A stretch of DNA of 64,000 nt from Octopus vulgaris (lineage: Eukaryota), in NCBI GenBank assembly GCA_951406725.2, contig OX597822.1, positions 17,174,001 through 17,238,000 of the forward strand, written 5' to 3'. Under the pieces are notes generated by a model. That model was not told the DNA's origin and ran no database searches. It saw only the letters and a list, made by a program, of their open reading frames with translations. The number at the start of each line of letters is the position of its first letter. The first letter of the stretch is position 1. The position numbers and the translations under genes were made by a program. Shown here piece after piece: positions 27,413 through 38,085 of the stretch.

Positions 27413-28762
27413 AAGTCAAAGGAAGGCTAACTGGGAAGATTGTTTTTGTATGTGGCAGATGCTCAGGAGCAATAAACACTGAAAATCTGCAGAAAACAAC
27501 TTCCGTCACTTTCCAGGGGAAAAAAACTAGAAGTAGTTGATAGCTTCCATTACCTAGGTGACCAAGTCAGTAGCAGGGGTGGGTGTGCTGAAAGTGTAAC
27601 TGCTAGAGTAAGAATAGCCTAGGCAAAGTTCAGGGAGCTCTTACCTCTGCTGGTGACAAAAGGCCTCTTGCTCAGAGTAAAAGGCAGACTGTATGACGCA
27701 TGTGTACAAACAGCCATGCTACAGGCAGTGAAACATAGGCCGTGACTGCTGAGGACATGCGTAAGCTCAAGAGAAATGAAGCCAGTATGCTCCGATGGAT
27801 GTGTAATGTCAGTGTACATACTCGACAGAGTGTAAGTATCTTGAGAGAAAAATTGGATCTAAGAAGCATCAGGTGTGGTGTGCAAGAGAGACGATTGCAC
27901 TGGTATGGTCATGTGGCAAGAATGGATGAGGATAGCTGTATGAAAAAGTACCACACCCTAGTGGTTGGGGCAACCTGTGGAAGAGGTAGACTCAGGAAAA
28001 CCTGGGACGAGGTGGTGAAGCACGACCTTCGAACTTTAGGCCTCACCGAGGCAATGACTAGTGACCGAGACCTTTGAAAATATACTGTGCGTGAGAAGAC
28101 CCGGCAGGACAAGTGAGCCCATCCCGTGTCCCTTGCCAGAGATGTAGCCAGCCCACTTATGCATGCCTTTCCTTCCTTGGACACGCGAAGACCTGTTGAG
28201 GCAAGCGAAGTTGAAATTGAATTCGAAATCGAACCTCATCCGACGACTGGCACCCATGCTGACCTCCTTTCATTGGACACTAAACTCTGCTTGAGAAGAC
28301 CTGTTGGGGCAAGTGAAATCGGAATCGAAATTGAACCAATCCTATGACTGGCACCCGGCAGTTTTCAGTGCCGCTGGACTAACTCCTGTGCAGGTGGTAA
28401 GTAAAGAAACACCGCTTCGACCCTGTGCTTGAGGAGACCTATTGAGTCAAGTACACCATCATCAAAATCAATGGAAATTGTAGTTGTGATCCCTGTGCCA
28501 GTGGCACGTAAAAAGCACCATCCAAACGTACAAAAGCACCAATCTGATCGTGGCTGTTGCCAGCCTCGTTTGGCACCTGTGCCGGTGGCATGTAAAAAGC
28601 ACCCACTACACTCATGGAGTGGTTGGCATTAGGAAGGGCATCCAGCTGTAGAAACACTGCCAGATCAGACTGGAGCCTGGTGCAGCCTTCTGGCTTCCCA
28701 GATCCCAGTCGAACCGTCCAACCCATGCTAGCATGGAGAACGGACGTTGAACGATGATGATG
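27413..28762 (+). mobile_element. 5'-truncated RTE copy starting inside the PHD-coding segment, with stop codons
   Basis: Near-identical to 36941-37640 of the long copy, followed by a variant 3' UTR and (GAT)n tail. Flanked by (TA)n. Confidence 0.92.
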
Positions 28763-28789
28763 ATATATATATATACATATATCATCCGA

Positions 28790-28999
28790 GCGTGGCTGTT
28801 CGTCAGCCTCGTCTGGCACCTGTGTCGGTGGTACATAAAATCACCCACTACACTCTCGGAGTGGTTGGCGTTAGGAAGGGCATCTAGCTGTAGAAACACT
28901 GCCAGATCTGACTGGCCTGGTGCAGCCTTCGGGCTCCCCAGACCCCAGTTGAACCGTCCAACCCATGCTAGCATGGAAAGCGGACGTTAAATGATGATG

Positions 29000-29000
<1 letters not shown>
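28790..29000 (+). mobile_element. Second RTE 3'-end fragment in tandem behind the 27413 copy
   Basis: Repeats 28555-28762 (cagcctcgt...ggaagggcat...ccatgctagcatgg...gatgatgat) after a short (TA)n spacer. Confidence 0.88.
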
Positions 29001-29038
<38 letters not shown>

Positions 29039-29666
29039 TATACATATACACTGGCCCTTACTTTTTTTATTTTTTAAAGACAGTTCCAAGAAAAATAACA
29101 GTTTTCATATGAAAAGAAAAGTGTGGCGTATCACTGAATATTGAGAATATTGATCAGAGTTTTAAAACTTTATTTTATTATATTTCAGATAACTGGTATA
29201 AGCATCTTTAAAATTCTTACTCTGAGAACATATGCAAATGTAAATAAACTAGTCTATCAATAATAACAACAACAACAACAATAATAATCAGTGTACAAGC
29301 AATATAGTCATAAATACCCATATGCCTTCACATTAGACAGAATAAACTGCTGGATTTCTTTTTCCTTTGTTCTGGAGTTGAATTTTAATCAGAATATATG
29401 CATAATCATTTATACTATTTATAACACACACACACATTACATTATACTTATAACATATCATTACTTTATATTTATAACAGATACACACACACATAATATT
29501 GTCTTGTTAAAAAATAGTAGACAAAACAGAAGATATTCCAAAGAAACCAGACGTTGTTATTTTCTTTACTTTACAATCTAATTTCCTCTTATCAGTTTTC
29601 CATTAACTTCTATAATTCATCCCCACTCTTATACATATACTCATATACACATGTATCTACCTATGA

Positions 29667-29734
<68 letters not shown>

Positions 29735-29902
29735 AGGGTATATGTATATATGAATGAGAGTAGATATGTATTTTCTCTATGCTACCATGATTCCTTATTT
29801 TTAGTGATGTCTACTCAAATTTCTTCTACCCCCACCAGCACACCCCCTTCTCACTCACACTGTTCTGATACATGTATTTATTTATCTAATTATTATTATT
29901 AT

Positions 29903-30382
29903 TGAGTGAGAGAGCAGCACATGCCATCAAAGTGACACTCGGGTAAAATATGCAAAGCCCAATATGCCCATCATGACTACCTGTCTGATAAGGGTACACC
30001 AGGCACATGCATCACAACCATATGTATGTAACATCGTGATCTCATATAAGATTAACAGCGCATGACCTTGCAGGTAGGGCCCAGTCAGAATTTTCTGCAG
30101 ATTGAGTAGCCCATCCCACTCAAAACGTCTTTGAATAAGGGTTGTTTAAGGATGTTTTCAGAGGTGAATTATCCAAGCCCCAAAGAATTCCCCTCAACAC
30201 ATGGCTATGATGCTCCCCAACTACTTCTGCTCATCATCAGAGATGCACATATCATCAGTCACTAAGGGACATGCTCAACTGGTTAAGATCAAACAATCAA
30301 CAAGAAAGTCTGTTGTATTGAGCAGAGTATTTGCTGTAGCCCATCTTTTATACCAAGACAAAACAATGTATATGATAACACT
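29903..30382 (-). repeat. Probable interspersed retroposon inserted in a (TTA)n tract
   Basis: ~480-bp GC-richer block bounded on both sides by (TTA)n. It resembles a common octopus repeat as I recall it; only one copy here. Confidence 0.4.
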
Positions 30383-30664
30383 TATTATTATTATTTAAGA
30401 CACTGCACAGTACCCAATATCATGATTGTCTATTATTATTATTATGATGATGATGATGATGATAATGAAACTGGGCAGGTAAGGCAGTTTACCTTTGCCT
30501 GGTGGCAGTGGTGAAAGAGGTTGTCTGGTGGATGAGGCTGAAACGTACGAGGACAGAGACTTTCCTCCTTGGTAAAAGACTCATTGACTTTTTAAAGTTT
30601 CCCTTGAAAAGAAAAGGGAAGGTGGAGAGGGAGGTGCTGTCCCCAAGTTTAATTTATTGAAAGA

Positions 30665-31075
30665 TGGATGAAAGTTGCAAAAATGGCAAAAAGAGAAAGA
30701 TCATGTATGATAATCGACATAACATGCCCTGGTGACAACAGGGTTAATGAGAAAGAAGAAGAAAAAATAAACAACTATGATGTGGGAAATACGATGGTTG
30801 TGGTCAATGAAGAGAGTAGATATGATAGTAATTGGTGCACTTGGAAGTATCAGCACTCAACTACCAACATGGCTGAAAAAGACCGGTGCAAGTGTTCAAG
30901 GTAGAACACCTACCAAAATCAGCACTGCTTGGGACTGTGAGAATTCTTTCAGGGTTCTTGAAACATCACCAGTAAATAAGTGTCACCTTGTCTGCTGGCT
31001 GTGGACAGCTGACACTATCCATCATACCCAGCAAAATAAGCTGTGAGTTTTCAAATAATAATAATAATAATCATA
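30665..31075 (+). mobile_element. 3' fragment of an R4/Dong-like RLE retrotransposon
   Basis: Peptides SCMIIDITCPGDNRVNEKEEEKINNY and WEIRWLWSMKRVDMIVIGALGSI, then a short UTR and (TAA)n tail. Confidence 0.75.
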
Positions 31076-31338
31076 ATCATCATCATTATTATTACTATTT
31101 ATTTATTTATTCTTTCCTTTAGTTGGCCCTTTCTCTTCTCTTCCTCCCATATGGTTCCATCTCTCTCATGTTTTCTCTGCACTCATACTTACCCATTTTC
31201 TCCCTTTCTCTTTCTCTCTCCTCCTCTCACTCTTCCGTTTCCCTTTCTAATGATATTCTACTCTTTCTGGCTAGCCTCTCCTTAGCAAGGCTACTTAAAC
31301 TGCCCTGGTCATATATAAAGGGTGAATTGTGATATGTC

Positions 31339-31416
31339 TTAACTGAAGAAGATATTGTGTACAAGACAAGATTCCCTTTTTATCTATTACACAATGATCT
31401 GAAACATGTGTATTAA
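31339..31416 (+). ncRNA. Candidate minimal type I hammerhead ribozyme (Penelope-like type)
   Basis: ttaa-CTGAAGA-[agatattgtgta...tacacaatgatct, 12-bp stem II with one bulge]-GAAA-c atgt g-TA-ttaa. Core intact, 4-bp stem I, predicted cleavage after GUA at 31412. Confidence 0.6.
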
Positions 31417-32104
31417 AAGCAACAGGCCATGCTCAAGCCATTGAAAATACATGCTGAACTATGATGAAGATAAATGCTTTCTTCAACAAGTTTAACAAAA
31501 AAAAGTTCCAAACTCTTTATGATCTAGTATAATTACAAAGAATAAAGAGTACTTTTTTATCAAGTAACTTCCTAATTTAATTAATCGAAAAAAAAAAAAA
31601 ATTAAGATATGGCATTATTTACAAGAGAAGTAAATGATTTAACAAACTGATGAGTTTCTGCAGAGTGAATCAATCAAGACAAAGAAAAGTAGTTAAGATG
31701 CAAAAAGCAAAACCGACAAAATTTGTTGTAGGTGTTAAGCTCTTATTTATGCATGGCTTCTTGGATAGTGTGCAGTCATTATTGAAGCTAATGAGCTCTG
31801 GCATATATCTGCCATGGAAAAATATCCAGAATCAATGACTGGAAATTCACCACAGTAAAAATCCCAAGCATCTTATTAGGGAAATGAGAAAAGAGTGTTC
31901 TTCAAATTTAATTACATCAATTAAAAATTTAGTAGGGAAAAAGAATACAATACAAATATCAGAAGAAATTTCCTAAAATATTATATAAAATAATAAGTAT
32001 AAGAATGTAATATATATATGTATAATCATCTAAGTCCCTAATTTCATTGTCATACTAAAATTTAGCTGGTAATCACTAGTGGTGTGTTGGAGAAACAACA
32101 TCAA

Positions 32105-32325
32105 CCCTTTCGTTACCAACCTGGCTGAAACTGGCCCTGACTCTGAGTAAAAATGTCTTGTTTTCATAAGTTTTGAATTAAAATCTTCCACCAAACGTTA
32201 GTCACAATTTATGTTCCTAACACTAGCTTAATGATAACTAAGTTATTTTACTAAATTCTTTCATATATTTAAAATTAATTGAAAGGAACACAGAGCATCT
32301 CAAAATGAATACAGTAACGAAAGGG
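32105..32325. mobile_element. piggyBac-type MITE (221 bp)
   Basis: Perfect 12-bp inverted termini ccctttcgttac / gtaacgaaaggg, flanked by tcaa and ttaa (TTAA target with one substitution). Confidence 0.75.
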
Positions 32326-32644
32326 TTAATGTTGGCTAAAATGACTTGTTTGGGTCTTTTACGATTTAGGTTTCAATCCTGTTGAGGTCATCTTTGTCTT
32401 TCATGCATCCAGGTTCAATAAAATTAAATACTAATCTAGTACAAAGATTGATTTAATATTACTGTAATTGTGCCTGGGTGTGAACAGAATTATGAAAGAT
32501 GGTTAAGACTAGTCTTAGCCTGCCATTACAAGACAACTTAGATGAGAATGTAATTATAACAGAAGACTAAGACCAGTCTTATGGCTAACAATTAAAACAA
32601 AAAGAAAATGAATCTTTGAAAAGGGGACAGACTAAATAAGAAAT

Positions 32645-33125
32645 AATCATCATCATCGTCGTCATCATTTAATGTCCACTTTCCATGCTAGCATAGGTTG
32701 GACGGCTTGACAGAGGACTGGCAAGCCAGAAGGCTGCACCAGTCACCAATCTGATCTGGCAAAGTTTCTACAGCTGGATACCCTTCCTAACGCCAACCAC
32801 TTCAAGAGTGTAGTGGGTGCTTTTACGTGCCAGTCAGGGGATACTGGCATCGGCCACACTCAAATGGTACTTTTTATGTGCCACCAGCACGGGAACCAGT
32901 CTGTGGCCCTGGCAACGAGCATGCTCGAATGGTACTTTTAACGTTCCACTGGAATGGGTGCCAATCATGCAGTACTTTCACCGGCCATGATAGCGATTTC
33001 ACTTGCTTCAACAAGTCTTTGCAAGCATAGTTTATTGTCCAATGATTGAAGGGTACTCTTAAATGGGCTGGTTATACAGCACTGGCATAGGCCATGGTTA
33101 TGGTCTTACTTGGCTTACTGGGTTA
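32645..33125 (-). mobile_element. RTE 3' UTR fragment
   Basis: catcatttaatgtccactttccatgctagcatagg...cagctggatacccttcctaacgccaaccac is the reverse complement of the family tail, followed by UTR modules. Confidence 0.85.
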
Positions 33126-34532
33126 GACTAAATCAGAATAAATTGTAGCTGATGATTACAGCGTTTGATCATATTAAACAATGTAGTATGTAAATGGAGT
33201 TGTTGTGCACAATTGCAATTTAAATGAAAGCATTGTGATGATTGTATGATATAGTTTAGTATCTAAAAGAAAATCCAAAGTAACTTTAAGAAATTAATGA
33301 AAGAACAACAGGGGGTAAATAGATAAAATGATGAAATTATTAACTATTAAATCAGTGACTTCGAATACGGCTGTTTGATATTTTGTATTTAATTTCATTT
33401 GTTTCCTTCTAAAATACAATTTCATGTCTGGAAGATAGGTGTTAGTTTGTCATATTTAGAAGAGTAAATACTATTATGCTTTGTCTGGTTTTTTACGAAG
33501 TTGATCACAAACTAACATGTGGAAATAACAAAAAAGAAAAACATTTCTTCTCTGGAGATGGAATTTAAAAAAGAAAAGAAAAAGAGATTGAATAGTTATC
33601 CATCTCAATCAAAAATTATTTCAGTTCAGGGTTGCCAGATGGGGTTAGAGGAAAATAGATTGTGCTACTTGTCGAGACTGCATTCTTCTATCTTTTTGAT
33701 TTTGGCTACAGATTAGTTTAAAGTTTTAATTAACAGATTCTAAGAATTATCATCCACAAACTTCAGTTGAAACCTACTTAGAATCAGCATGATTAGGATC
33801 TACATGTTCAAGGGTCAACAGTAAATATTACTCTGTCCTCAACTTAGCCAAACTGTAACTCTTACTCATTAGAGTCATTGAATAGAGACCAAGACAACTG
33901 CTTAACTAATGAGTAGTTTGGCAATCTGCAGTAGTAAACTTCAGTCATTCTGTTGGCTTGAAAAAGATTCCTATGCTCACAATCAGATGACTGTTCCATG
34001 GTGGATATAGCAGCTAGTATGCAACAATCCATGTTAAAATGCCTTAAACCTATAGAACAGATCTAACACCAGTTTAGTGTTGAACTTGCTCATAAGGAAT
34101 TCTGCAAGATATCCTGTTTCTCTATTATTTATTTTGCCATCTTGTAAACATGGCTTCCTGTCTGTCTTAAGATCATGCATTTTCAATTCCTCCTTTAATT
34201 TCAGGGTCATCCCGTTATTATTCCATTCCCCAGAATTCCTTACAAAATATTCTCTCTCTCTCTTATTTATATTATGTTTTACTCGATTCCCGAAGTTTCT
34301 AGATGTTCAGTAATTTCTGTTGCAGAAAATCCCCTATGAATTAACTTAAACCTTGTTGTTCCTTCGAGGTGACCACGCCCACCCACCCCTCCACCAGAAC
34401 CGGAAGTTTCTACCTTTCTACCTTTCTTGACTCCCTGCGCATACCCCCAACCGCACCCCTATGTAGGGTTTATTGTGATCATATAGCGCAAAAATTGTGA
34501 AATGTATGCAGGTTGTAGTCTAGAGTCTCAGT

Positions 34533-37500
34533 ATGAAATCTGGCAAATGCAAGCTTTCTTTTCAGGTACATGACACCGCTGTCCCTCATCCCAGGGTCTC
34601 AGAGACCCACACCTCCCACACCCTCAGAGTTGGCACATTGAAAGGTAGGTCTGGAGAGATTGTTGAGCTGCTTGAACGGAGACGTGTGGATTTATGCTGC
34701 ATCCAGGAAGTAAGGTGTAGAGGAGGCTCCGCTAGGCTCCTCACAGGCAAGGAACACAGGTACAAGATTTTCTGGGCAGGGAACACTGACGGGGTCGGGG
34801 GCGTGGGTATACTTCTTGCGGAGAAATGGGTAGATAAGGTAATCGAGGTAGTCAGAGTAAGTGATAGAGTACTTAAGATTAGATTAGTGCTTCACCATAG
34901 GTCAGCTACCATCATCTCGGCATATGCCCCTCAACCAGGGCTACCGGAAGGACAAAAAGACCAATTCTATGACACCCTATTGCGGACTACCTCGTTGACA
35001 AATGACAGTGACCTTCTCTTCGTGGCAGGTGATTTCAATGGACATGTTGGACGACATGTCGGGGGCTTCCATGGCGTCCATGGAGGCTACGGTTTTGGCT
35101 CTCGTAATGAGGAGGGAACCAGGTTGCTGGAGTTCTGCGATGCAAATGACCTTATGGTCTGCAATACCCACTTCAGGAAACCCACCTCTCACCTAGTCAC
35201 CTACCGTTCTGGCAGACACACCAGCCAGATTGACTACATCCTTGCCAGAAAAAGGGAAAGAGGGCTGATTATAAATGCCAAAACCTTCCCAGGCGAAGAA
35301 TGTACTCCCCAACATAGATTAGTAGTTAGCGACTTCAGGATCAGAGCTAAATGGTTGCCCAGAAGAAGACCAGCTTGGAGGAGAAGGGTCTGGAAGCTTA
35401 AAGATCCTGCAAATGGACAGAGATTTAGAGACATACTACTCGAAGCCTCTGACGAGATAGAAGGGGATATAGCTTCACTTAATGTGGAAGACAACTGGAG
35501 ATTCCTACGGGACAATCTGCTGACAGCCACTGACCAGATCTGTGGATGGAGCAAAGTACCATCTCGACCCAGAGTAACATGGTGGTGGAACACTGTGGTT
35601 GACAGGGCTATTAGACAAAAGAGACAGGCTTGGAAGGACTGGAAGAACGGTGGTAGCAGGGAATTGTATCAGACAGCCAAAAGGGAAGGTAGGAGACAGG
35701 TTTATTTAGCCAGAGGGGAAGCGGATAAGAAAAAATTTGCCAATGTTCTGAGCCGTGAGGATGAAAGACTTGAGGTATTTCGTGTTGCAAGACAGTGTGT
35801 GAGAGAGAATCGTGATGTGGTAGGAGAGAAGTGTGTTCGCATGGATGATGGTTCACTTGTGCTAAATGAGGATGCAAAGAGAGAGGTTTGGAGATGCCAC
35901 TATGAAAGGTTGCTGAATAAAGAAAATGAATGGGATAAAGAGAGTCTGCCGAATGTCAACCCAACAGAGGGACCAGCCATCCGAGTTGAAAATTCTTTGG
36001 TAGTTAAAGCAATTAGAAGCATGAAGACAGGGAAAGCCCCAGGCCCATCAGGAATTACTGCAGAGATGCTCAAAATATCTGGCAGTGTTGGCTATAACCT
36101 AGTCACCTGTATAGTCAACCAGGTGATACACGAAGGAGTCATACCCAATGACTGGTGTAGCAGCATACTAGTCAACTGCTATAAAGGTAAAGGTGATGCC
36201 CTAGATACAAATAATTACAGAGGTATCAAGCTGTTGGATCAGGTAATGAAGGTTATGGAGAGGGTCATCGCCCAACTAATTAGAGAGAGAGTTAGTTTAG
36301 ATGAGATGCAGTTTGGGTTCATGCCAGGGAAAAGTACCACTGATGCTATATTCCTGGTAAGGCAGCTGCAGGAGAAATACCTAGCCAAAGATAAGCCCCT
36401 GTACCTGGCTTTCGTTGACATGGAGAAAGCTTTTGATAGGGTCCCCCGATCCATTATCTGGTGGTCAATGAGGAAACTAGGGATAGATGAATGGTTAGTG
36501 AGAGCTGTGCGAGCCATGTACAGAGATGCCGTAAGTAAGGTTAGGGTTGGCAACATGTACACAGAAGAATTCAAAGTAGAGGTTGGGGTCCACCAGGGTT
36601 CAGTACTCAGCCCCCTCCTATTTATCATAGTCCTCCAGGCAATTACGGAGGAATTCAAGACAGGTTGCCCCTGGGAGCTCCTCTACGCTGATGACCATGC
36701 TCCAATTGCTGAGTCACTATCAGAACTGGAGGAGAAGTTCCAGGTGTGGAAGGAGGGTTTAGAATCGAGGGGCCTTAGAGTCAACCTAGCTAAAACCAAA
36801 GTACTAATAAGTAGGAAGGTAGACAATCCACAAATGTCTTCAGGAAGATGGCCCTGCTCGATCTGTAGAAAAGGTGTAGGTAGAAACTCTATAAGATGTA
36901 CCCAGTGTAAGCTATGGACACATAAGAGGTGCAGCAATGTCAAAGGTAGGCTAACTGGGAAGATTGTTTTTGTATGTGGCAGATGCTCGGGAGCATTAAC
37001 CTCCGAAAATCTGCAGAAAACAACTTCCGTCACTTTCCAGGGGGAAAAACTAGAAGTAGTTGATAGCTTCCGTTATCTAGGTGACCAAGTCAGTAGTGGG
37101 GGTGGGTGCACTGAAAGTGTAACTGCTAGAATAAGAATAGCCTGGGCAAAGTTTAGGGAGCTCTTACCTCTGCTGGTGACTAAAGGCCTCTCGCTCAGAG
37201 TAAAAGACAGACTGTATGATGCATGTGTACGAACAGCCATGCTACATGGCAGTGAAACATGGGCTGTGACTGCTGAGGACATGCGTAAGCTCGTGAGGAA
37301 TGAAGCCAGTATGCTCCGATGGATGTGTAATGTCAGTGTACATACTTGACAGAGCGTTAGTACCTTGAGAGAAATGTTGTACCTAAGAAGCATCAGTTGT
37401 GGTGTGCAAGAGAGACGATTGCGCTGGTATGGTCATGTGGCGAGAATGGATGAAGATAGGTGTGTGAGAAAGTGCCAATCCCTAGCAGTTGAGGGAACCC

Positions 37501-37640
37501 GTGGAAGAGGTAGACCCAGGAAAACCTGGGACGAGGTGGTGAAGCATGACCTTCGAACTTTAGGCCTCACTGAGGAAATGACCAGCGACTGAGACCTTTG
37601 GAAATATGCTGTACGTGAGAAGACCAGGCAGGACAAGTGA
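34533..37640 (+). pseudogene. RTE ORF (~1035 codons): AP endonuclease, reverse transcriptase and PHD-like finger, interrupted by two in-frame TGA stops
   Basis: APE motifs CIQEV, AYAPQ, GDFNGH, IDYIL, HRLV. RT motifs KAPGPSG, YRGIKLL, QFGF, DMEKAFD, QGSVLSP, YADD, YLG. Track ORFs 34533-37349 and 37365-37592 are in one frame, which continues to TGA at 37638-37640. The stops at 37347 and 37590 are CGA in other copies. Confidence 0.92.
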
Positions 37641-37723
37641 GCCCAGCCCACTTATGAATGCCTTTCCTCCCTTGGACACAAAGACCTGTTGAGGCAAGCG
37701 AAGTCGATATAGAACCTCATCCG

Positions 37724-38085
37724 ACGACAGGCACCCATGCCAACCCCCTTTGCTTGCGAAGACATGTTGGGGCAAGCGAAAGCGAAATCGAATTGAACCA
37801 GCCACTATCCGACTCGTAGCCGATGCCAGCGCCGCCTCCACTGGCTTCCGTGCCGGTGGCACGTAAAATACACCAATCTGACCGTACGACAGGCACCCAT
37901 GCCAACCCCCTTTGCTTGCGAAGACATGTTGGGGCAAGCGAAAGCGAAATCGAATTGAACCAGCCACTATCCGACTCGTGGCCGATGCCAGCGCCGCCTC
38001 CACTGGCTTCCGTGCCGGTAGCACGTAAAATACACCAATCCAACCGTACTACAGGCACCCATGCCAACCCCCTTTGCTTGCGAAA
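37724..38085 (+). repeat. 162-bp tandem repeat (two full units plus a partial third) in the RTE 3' UTR
   Basis: ac(g/t)acaggcacccatgccaacccc starts at 37724, 37886 and 38048. The ORF track shows the matching duplicated peptides. Confidence 0.9.

Noticed and set aside
34586-37393. Multiple minus-strand ORFs overlapping the RTE ORF, and the 168-aa ORF at 9053-9559
   Set aside because: Antisense shadows of RTE coding sequence.
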